A DNA stretch of 64,000 bases from Callorhinchus milii (Eukaryota), in NCBI RefSeq assembly GCF_018977255.1, contig NW_024704743.1, positions 97,962,001 to 98,026,000 of the forward strand, read 5' to 3'. The notes beneath the pieces were generated by a model. It made no database searches and was not told the origin of the DNA. It saw only the letters and a list, made by a program, of their open reading frames with translations. Numbering within the stretch: position 1 is the stretch's first letter; each line of letters opens with the position of its first letter. This document shows, piece by piece, positions 53,201 through 63,200 of this stretch. The position numbers and the translations under genes are program-made.

Positions 53201-56200
53201 CTGCTGAGGATTACAAATGTCTGCCATTAGTCCTTCGGAAAACATGCTGCTGGATCAATGAAACTCATTTCGCAAGGAATGTCATCATATTTGCCTCCAT
53301 TATGATAAACTTTCTTGGCGCTGTAATAAATATAGTATGTATTAACTAATTATTACTGTACTACTTTTTAATGAGCAATGTTATTACTATAGATAGATTT
53401 CTGGAAATGAAAAGGACTCAAGAGGCCTGAAATTCAATTTAGTATCAGCCTGTGAGACTCTCTAGTCTCAAAATTTAACTCTGCGCAGAATTGTGGAAAA
53501 TTCTTATATTCAAATTTAATTTGGAAGCCGGTTCTTTTCAAAAATAAAAATGAGAGTCTTACAGGTTGAGACTTGGTAGATTTTTGAGCCTCAGATTATT
53601 AGATGATTTAGATGCATTGAAGGGATACTTTGAAAAGTTGGATGGATAAGCATGATGGACCAATTGTCGACTCCTACCTAAAACTATTATTATCTGTGTC
53701 TTAGTCAGTAATCCATAATTAAGAAAGATACTGATCTCATAGCTTCCTCTTATCTGATAATTATGTATTGTTGAAAGTGTTGCAGTCAATTTATTAGCAT
53801 TCAGTGGAGCCAAGGTCCAACTCATTCCCATGCCAATGTATCGAGAACATAATATTTAGTACAGTGACACCCAAGAATGATAATGGCAGGGAAAGCAGAT
53901 CTAACCGTTAAATTTTATGAAATGCATTAAACTGGACGCTATTCTTCCCTTGTCAATAGATTTATTGGCATTTGGGAATAATGTATATAATGTATACTCA
54001 TAATTGATTTTGCTTTATAAGCCAGATCTTAGTAAATATACCAAATGGCAAATAATATTTACTTGCCACCAGAGGTCTATATATTTGCCCACAAGGGCGC
54101 GAGTCTAAGGTTGGAGAATAATCCCTTCATTCTGTCTAACATAATAGGAACCAAGGCTATCAGTTTATTAATTAAATGTAATTTTTTTATGGCCCAACAA
54201 CTTTGATGTCAAGTGGCCTTGTTTTAGTACCTAATGCAAATAAAAGTTATAGGGGGAAAAAAATGAAGGTCCCCAATAATCAATAGAATTATACAGCACA
54301 GAAGGAGGCCATTCGGCCCATCGTGTTTGTGCCAGCTCTTTGAAAAGAGCTACCAAATCATTCCCACTCCCCGATAACCCTGCAAAGTTGTCCTCCCCAT
54401 TTTCTTGGAATAGAAGGATGATGTTATGATGTTAAAATGTGATCTGACAGTCTCAAAGTAAACGAATGATTAGTTTGAATGAGTTTGTCTCCTTGTATCT
54501 AATGTTTCCTCTCTCTTCCAAATGTACTTACATCCATCTCATGTGTGTCTGTATCTCTGTGACTTGAGTCCTCCTCTACTTCTATTATGACCAGAAACTA
54601 ATTGGTGGAATAGCAGGGAGTTACGCAGGATTAAGCCCTTTACAGATCCAGCAAATATCTTTCCTCTATGAAATGATATCTCTAGATAACTAACCACTAT
54701 AATCTCTAATATATTTTGAGCTTCCATTTGATATCAGCATGAAATACACAGAATACAGAAACAGATATCCAAAAAAGGGCATGGTGCAGTCATTGAGTTA
54801 TGTGAGTCACTTTTGCAGAGAAATTAACAGATCGGCTATTATTTTACATTTAAGAAGAATTGAACCTTTTATCCCAAATCTGAAGGCTGCCTGCTTCGAT
54901 TGACCATTTGGGTCAGAGGCTTAAGGACCAATTATAGGGAGTCTTCTGGCAAGAAACCCAGTGCTGTCAACACAAAGCAGATCTTGCAATAGTCTTAATT
55001 TGCCAAATTGTTTCAGAAATGTGTGTAAGCTTTTAACACAGGCTATTTCCTCCCTTATATGAGCCAGCCACCATGTTTTACTGCACTTCCACTGAAAGCA
55101 ACACAGATGTAAATGACTAATAGCTCTCGACTGCTTCTCAATAAATGTACTGACCTTAGCTAATGGGACTTAAGGTGGAAGTTTTGCCATTAGAAGTGCA
55201 CACCGCTGGGGTCAGTATATTTACCAGAAAAAAAGCCCTCTTGTGTGTTTCAAAATTATCACGGTCCCATGTCTCCATTTATTTAGTCAAGATTTGTCAA
55301 AAGTCATGTTTAAATCCTTCTATTGTAGTCCAGTTTTAGGATTAACTAGACGTAATCTAGATAATTCCACAGAATTAAACAATTTGTCAGAGCAGAACTG
55401 TCTTTTGTATTGGTGTGAAACAGTTCATTGTTGTATCACCTCCATTGATACAGATTCTTTTTAAACATAATTCTGGGTTTCAGAAAAGTTTTTGAATATA
55501 TGTATATTTCAATATTTTTGCAAATTATATTTGCTGAATGGTATCTCAAAACTATTTTGGGCGTTTATTAGCACATTATGTAATTTTGAAATGTATCCAC
55601 CTGACATTTGAGCTTCTTTCTTCAGTTTTGGTGTGATTTCGAGAAATCTACAGCCTTAAAGAATGAGACATCCAATTCCACAGCTACATGTACAGATATA
55701 TGCTTCTATCCAGAGGTATTTAAATATTTTTTATTTACAACCATTCACTTCTTTCATGTTTGATCATGTACCTCTAATACTTCAAATGTATTTTAGTACA
55801 ATCCCTTTACATTATGTCTGATCATAAACTGTATAAATGAAAGAGAAATGATTCAGGATCTCAATGTTGCAGTGAAGGGTTGTGCAGAGTCAAGGAATCT
55901 TGTCCACAGGGAGTGAAGCATCCAGGAGGACTGTCTTCATGTACTTCCAGTTTCCCAAATACACAGCAACATAGGCAGAGACTGAGAAATGGGCTCAATT
56001 CCTACCCTTTCAGATAAGGAAATAGCTTGGAAGGCATAAAGGTGGGGGCAAAAAAACATGTAATGGAAAGAGTGTGAGAAGTAATTCAACTACAACAAAA
56101 TTCAATAAAATGGCTATATTAAGCTTGCTGATACAAAATTAGCTGCCATTTATGGAGTTACAGTACTAATCTGATTCCCCCCACTGTGTTTTATCTGTTT

Positions 56201-59200
56201 AGTATTTTGTGTTTACCGGAGTGCTGGCAATGGTGACTTGTGCAGTGTTTCTCCGTCTGAATTCCATCTTGAAGCTTGCCGTGCTAATGATCATGATAGC
56301 AGTTTACTCTCTGCTGACCGAAACCATCTACAGCTCGCTCTTCATTAGATATGACAACTTTCATCACAATGGAGAGTGAGTACTTTATATGCTACTCCAC
56401 TATTACTCAGGGATGCAGCCTTTATTGAAAGTTATGATCTGTTTATGCTTTTGCTCACTGAGCCAGAAATATTAATATTTATAGAGCTAATGGGGAATCT
56501 TTCAGTGTCTACTTTAGATAGACGATGGAGCGGTGTATAAGCAGAACAAGCTCATAATGTCATATACTTTTGTCACGGTACTCTTTATCTCTGGGTGAGA
56601 ATTACATGCTCCTTCCAGGTGCACTCTGAAAGGAGCGATCCTTCTCTCCTTTTATGTTGAAGATAGGTGCCTGGTAGGAGCAGTCTGACAAGTTACACCA
56701 AACACTTGGCAATTAAAAAATATTCCTAATTTATTCAAACCCATAGGCTTCAATATATATATATATATATATATTCCCGCATTTGGAGCATTCAATGCAA
56801 AAATAAACACAACTCTTATATAATACATTGATAATATTATGTTAATATTACTTTAACAAGGCATAATATCCCATACTTTATAAGATGTATAATCACTGAT
56901 GCTCAACACTTGGACCACCGGGGTAAACAAATAGAATAACCTTACCCCAAATTCACATCTCCTCAAAGTTCCTCAGATTCAGAGTTTTTATAATTATAAA
57001 ATTTATAATTTTATAATTTTTATAATGTCAGTGTTTGTTAAAAGTCCAAACCTCAGCAACTCCCCATATAACACCACTCCCTCTCTTTTATACCCTTAAT
57101 ATGCTTGTGTGACTTATTTATCAATTCTCCGTTCTCCGTACTTTGACAATTTGAAAACATGACACTTGTTAACTAATCTATCATTCAGAGTAAAAGACTC
57201 TGACCATAAAACCCATTAACTCACAAAATCTAACAAAAACACCATAAACCAAAAGCACTTAAACCAACATTTTACACCTTAAGAAAGATAAACAGATTGA
57301 TATCTCAATTTAACTAATTATCCGACTCTGAATACCTGTGAACCCTTTTCCTGAACCCGAATATTTACCCTATTAATTCTTTACTACCTCACACTTTCAA
57401 ATAACTAATTTTGAATAACAGTAAATTACTGAAATTTGTTGCAATGATGTTGCAATGATTGTCAAAGAGCAATGTTAGAAGATAAATGAAATCAGTGGAG
57501 ACAGAGTGATTGTATGTGGCTCAGGCCAGGATACCTAAGGTACACTGGGAGATTCAGGTAGAAGGGATGTCAGAATAAATTAATATTGTGTAGGTTTTAC
57601 TCAATTGCCTTTGAGATTCATGGAGTGTCTATGCAATAACAACAACAACAACAAGATTGCATTTATAGAGCGCCTTTCACGTCGGGAGGACGTCCCAAGG
57701 CGCTGGACAGTTGGGTCAGGACCCGAGCAGAGGGGAAATGGTCAGGGTGAAGGGAGGGAGCGAGGAGGAGGTAGAGAGTCGAGAGGGGAGGTGAAGGCAT
57801 GGTTGAAGAGAAAGGTCTTGAGACCGGCCTTGAAGGAGGAAAGGGAGGAAGCAAGGCGAAGGCACTGGGGGATGGAGTTCCAGAGCCTCGGGGCTGAGAG
57901 GCTGAAGGCCCGGCCACCGATGGTAGGGCGGTTAGGGTGGGGGATGTGGAGCAGACCGAAGCCAGAGGAACGGAGGGTCCAGGCAGGTAAGAAGGAGGAT
58001 AGTAGGTCGGAGAGGTAGGAGGGAGCAAGGCCGTGAATGGCCTTATAGGTGAGGATGAGGATCTTGAATTCGATCCTCTGGGGGATGGGGAGCCAGTGGA
58101 GGTGAGCGAGGGTGGGAGTGATGTGGTCGCGAAGCCTGGTGCGGGACAGTACACGAGCTGCAGAGTTCTGAATGACCTGCAGCTTGTGGAGGGAGGTGGC
58201 GGGAAGGCCGGCGAGGAGAGAGTTCCCATAGTCCAGCCTTGAGGTGACAAAGGCGTGGACCAGAGTTTCAGCAGCGTGAGGGGTGAGGTAGTGCCATAGT
58301 CTGGCGATGTTCCGGAGGTGGTGGAAGGCGGTGCCAGTTGTGGCGCGAATGTGGGGAAGAAAGGACAGCTCAGGGTCGAACAGATCACCGAGGTTCCTGA
58401 TTGGCTTTGAGAGGTGGAGAGTGCAGCCTTGGATGCTGATGCTGTCAGCGCCTGAGGTGCGGAGGCGCTGACGTGAGCCAATCAGGAGGGCCTCAGTTTT
58501 GCACATGATGAGCTGAAGAAAGTTGTCTCTCGTCCAGGACTCGATGTCGGACAGGCAGCTGTCAGGACATCGGTGGTCGTGGAGTTGAGGGTAGAAGAGG
58601 AAAGGTAGAGTTGGGTGTCATCCGCATACATGTGGAAGTTAACTCCATGTCTGCGGATGATGTCATCAAGGGGGAGCATATAGCGGGTGAATAGGAGGGG
58701 GCTGGAGGAAAAGCCGTTAGCAGAGACAAAATGAACACGGTGGGAGAGGTAGGACTAAACCACTCAAGGACAGAGCCTTGAAGGTTGAAGTGGGAGGACA
58801 AGCGGTAGAGGATAGAGTGGTCGACCGTATCGAATGCGGCCGATCGGTCGAGGAGGATGAGGAGGCAGAGGGAGCCCTGGTTGCAGATGGTCAAGATGTC
58901 ATTAGTGACCTTGACCAGGGCGGTTTCCGTGCTATGGGCAGCATGGAAACCCAACTGGACGGTTCAAAAAGTGAATGGGTGGAGAGGAAAGAGCGCAGCT
59001 GGGAGGCAACGCCTCTTTCGAAAACCTTGGACAGGAAGGAGAGGTTGGAGATGGGCCGGTAGCTTGATAGCTGCGATGCATCAAGGGAGGGTTTTTTTCA
59101 GTGTGGAAGTGATGGTGGTAGTTTTGAGGGTAATGGAAACAGAGCCAGAGGAGAGGGACATGTTAATGGTGTCTGTGAGAAGTGGGGCAAGGAGGTGGAG

Positions 59201-60261
59201 CAGGGAGATCAGGAGTGGAGTAGGGATGGGATCCAGGGAGCACGTGGTGGGTTTCAAGGACAAGATGAGGTTGGTGACAGAGGGTGGGGAAACGGGTTCG
59301 AAGGTGCGTAGGGGAGGATGGGTAGGAGTCGGAGTGTGGGAGCGGATTCCCAGGGGGAGGAGATACTGCAGAAGGTGTTGGCTTGATGGATGAATGGCCC
59401 TTTGTCATTCCATACAATTTAGAAATCAGAGTTGGTTTTGATTTTCTAAAATTTTACTTTTGCTGCTATTTTTAATCTTATATGACTTTGCATGACACAT
59501 ATATTTAGTAATGAAGGACTAACCCAGCTATAAGATGAGTGAATGTACTTATTACACTTGCACTTATCAGACATTTCTCTCAGATTTCTGCTTGCCTCCA
59601 GTGTGCTGTCTATAACAATAAGGATTGCCTGAATGTTTTTCTTTGTAGCAGAGACTTCCTAGGAACGAAAGAAACATCCCTGTTGCTGATGGCAATGTTT
59701 CTTTTGGCTGTGTTTTATCATGGACAACAGGTACTGAAAAGCTTTGAATGCTCAATATGTTTGACATTACAATGCATTCATTTATCCCTACCTCCCCATT
59801 CCCTTCTTGAAACTTGATAGCGTTTTGTTCAATGTCGTTGCTTTTTCATGATGTTGACAAAGTATCCTGCGGGAGATGGTGCAGGAAAAGGGGCCCAGGC
59901 TAAATACATTATTTGTCGATTGTAAAATATAGAAAAACTGACAAAATTTAGATATGGGTTCAAACAACAGGCACATCTGTGTATATTGCTTTGCAAGCGA
60001 GAGACCTGAGTTCAATTCCAGGCAGGGCGAAACCTTGGGCAAGTTTCCTTACTCCACACGCCTAATAATAATCCCTCCAAAACCAAAAACAATAATAAAA
60101 AAAATTGGCATTTTCAATCTACGACTGTTTGTGGGACATTGCTGTGCGCAATTGGCTGCCGCGTTCGCCCACAAATTTACAGTCAATTCACTTTACAGTG
60201 TGTTCTGTGAAGCGCTTTGGGACGTCCTTCCCTCGTGAAAAGCGCTATATCAAATGCAAGG

Positions 60262-60293
<32 letters not shown>

Positions 60294-63200
60294 ACTTGCA
60301 AACTTCAGTCTGACAATGCAGGGCTCACCTGACTTGGGATCAAGTTTCGCTTTTTTAACTTATAGCATTTTTGCAGTATAGAAGGACTTGGAGAGATTGT
60401 ATTTAAGTTTCAAAGAGCAAGTCAAAGATTTCTTGCAGCTTAATTGGTTCCCAACAATTCCAAGTCAGTAAGTGATCATTAAATCTGCATATGAATATTT
60501 GCATACAAATAACAAGAATTGCAAATGACAACTTTTTCTTCTAGACCCTGGGAATTGCACATGACCAGAGTGACATGTGAAATGTCACTAGCATTCTGTG
60601 TGCAAATTTTGAATTGATACAGAGTACTGTATCAAAGGGCGAAACCTTGGGCAAGTTTCCTTACTCCACACGCCTAATAATAATCCCTCCAAAAAACAAA
60701 ACAATAATAAATTGGTCATTTTCAATCCATGACTGATTGTGGGACACTGCTGTGTGCAATTGGCTGCCGCGTTTCGCCCACAAATCTCCGGTCAATTCAA
60801 TTTACAGTATATTCTGTGAAGCGCTTTGAGACATCGAGAAGACGTGAAAAAGCGCTATATCAAATGCAAGGATTATTATTACTGCAGTTGTAAGAGCTCT
60901 TGTTCTCCTTCCATATCTTTGGAGGTCTAGCCTTAATGTTCGCATACTATTATCTTTGGGGGAAGAGATAAGCAGGGCCTTTTTGTCAAATGAACTTGTC
61001 ATGAGCAACTGGGAAAAAGAGTACACATCAATTTTTGCTCTTAGTTGATTTGGTCTCATTTAACCACTTCTAACAGGTTGCGTAATTAAACAGAAAGCTA
61101 GTTATTCCCTTATGGGAAATCAAAAGGATGGACATATTTTTCAGAATAATGCAGGGTGAACTAATAATGATTCAAAGGATCACAAGATTGGTTTGGATAA
61201 ATAAGGCCCTTCGGCCACAATTATCTCATCCTTCCAGAATACCTGCCCTACCATCATCCCATCAAAGCACCAAGCTTCAACTGCCCTTGAGCTTAGCAGG
61301 AGGCTGATTTGCTCTTGGTGGGAAGAGAATTAACAATGAAACATTTGATTGAAATAGCGTCCAGTCTGACTATGCTAAACTCCTTTCTCGCCAGACTTCC
61401 CAACTTTTCTCTCCACAAACTGAAGATGATTCAGAACTCGGCAGCTTGTGTCTTCTCCTGTGTCAAGTTCTGTGAACCTATCACCCCCATCCTTGCCCGG
61501 CTTCACTGGCTCCCCATCCCTCAGAGGATTGAGTTTAAGACTCTTGGCCTCACCTTTGAAGTCCTCCATGGTCTTTCTCCTCCCCACCTCTGCAACCTTA
61601 CCAACCTGCCATTCCCTCTGCTCCACAGGCACCGGCTTGCTCCATATCCCCCATCCTGCCCACCCCACCATTGGTGGTCGGGTCTTCAGCCTTTCTTCTC
61701 CCACCCCTTGGAGCTCCTTCCTGAAATCCCCTCACTTCACCCCCTCCCTTGCCTCCTTCAAGGCCCATCTTTTTTTGACCATGCCTTTGGTCATCCTCCC
61801 ATCCAACTCCCCCCTTGCCCTCTACGCCTCTTGAATGCAACCCCCAGCTAGAGGGCAAACCCTCGACTGTCCAGCACCTTGGGACCTCCCCATGACGTGA
61901 AAGCGCTATATAAATGCAATTCATTATTGTTGTTGTTTAGCTGGAATATACCGCAAGACTGGACTTCCTTTGGCGAGTTCAGGCAAAAGAGGAAGTCAAT
62001 GAAATGAAGGAACTCCGAGAACATAATGAAAATATGCTTCGGAATATTCTACCAAGTCATGTTGCACGACATTTCTTGGAAAAGGATCGAGATAATGATG
62101 TAAGTTAATTTAAAATGACAGAAAATATTAGAATATTTACCTTTGGTTTCACTATACAGCAATTTCTTACTTCAATATTTGCTTCCCTAGTAATGGGCAA
62201 ATAAAAGAAGCTGCTTCAACACTGACTTTAACATTGTGATATATATGATTGTGGAATTAATACTAATTACAATTCACGTTGTATCTGGTGGTGATGAAAT
62301 CCGTCAATTATTCACCTTCTGGTCTACCCTGGCACATTGTTATTAGACAATAGCCATTTGGGCTCCTTCCTCCAACCATGTGCACAATGTCCATCTCAAG
62401 ACATACCTCTTTGACTACGCCTTTGGTGTTCTTTCCCACTCACACCCCATTGGCCCCCACTCAAAGTTGTCAGGCGCTTTGAGTTATCCTCCTGACATGT
62501 AACGCGCTTTATAAATTTTAACTGCATTGTATTGTATCCTTATACTATTAGTGCTGTCCCTTGTTGAACAACACTTCTTTCATTTACAGTGAACCTCCTG
62601 AATTTCCAGTTAAGTGTTAATTATAATGTCAGTACCGGTATTTACTGGCATTATTTGGTGCCGGCTTTTATCAGTGCTGAAAAATGCTGGTAAATGCCAA
62701 AACCGTTATTGTAATTGTTTGAATCCCTCGACCAGAAGATAGCAAATAAGCTGTCTGCTGCTTGCGGGATTGAAACTGAGACAAAGTCAATCTCTCTGGC
62801 CACTGAAGGCCAGCAAGCATGGTGAGGCGGGGGCTGTGGTGAAATTCCTGATGTCCGGAATTTGTACCTGGCTGGACCGGACCTGAAACTGGGATTGTGA
62901 CAAACCAAAGAATAACGATACATTGCATTAATAATGCTGTATTACTAGTTCATTTCAATGTACCAAAGGTCTTTTGATAAGTTATGTTCTTGAATTATAT
63001 CAGTGTCACACAGTTGAGGAATAATGTTACTATATATATCCACATTTGCCTCAAAGGACTAACTGTTCACAGTGACTCAAATTGCATTGAAACGACCGTT
63101 TATTTGTATGTCAGAAACATCCCCGAAAACTATCCATCAAATCGTACAATGAACGCCTGATTGCAAAACAAACGGATTACGGATCATAGATATTGCACAT

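Noticed and set aside
56760..57420. Possible very old L1/Tx1-type 3' end on the minus strand (A/C-skewed)
   Set aside because: Only a vague, stop-ridden resemblance; it cannot be supported without a profile search.
57635..59370. Active or domesticated reverse transcriptase gene
   Set aside because: Multiple frameshifts, an apparent internal deletion and no endonuclease domain or ORF1.
61865..61892. REST/RE1-like site (tccagcacc) in L2 tails
   Set aside because: Only the left half-site matches; the GGACAG right half is missing at the required spacing.
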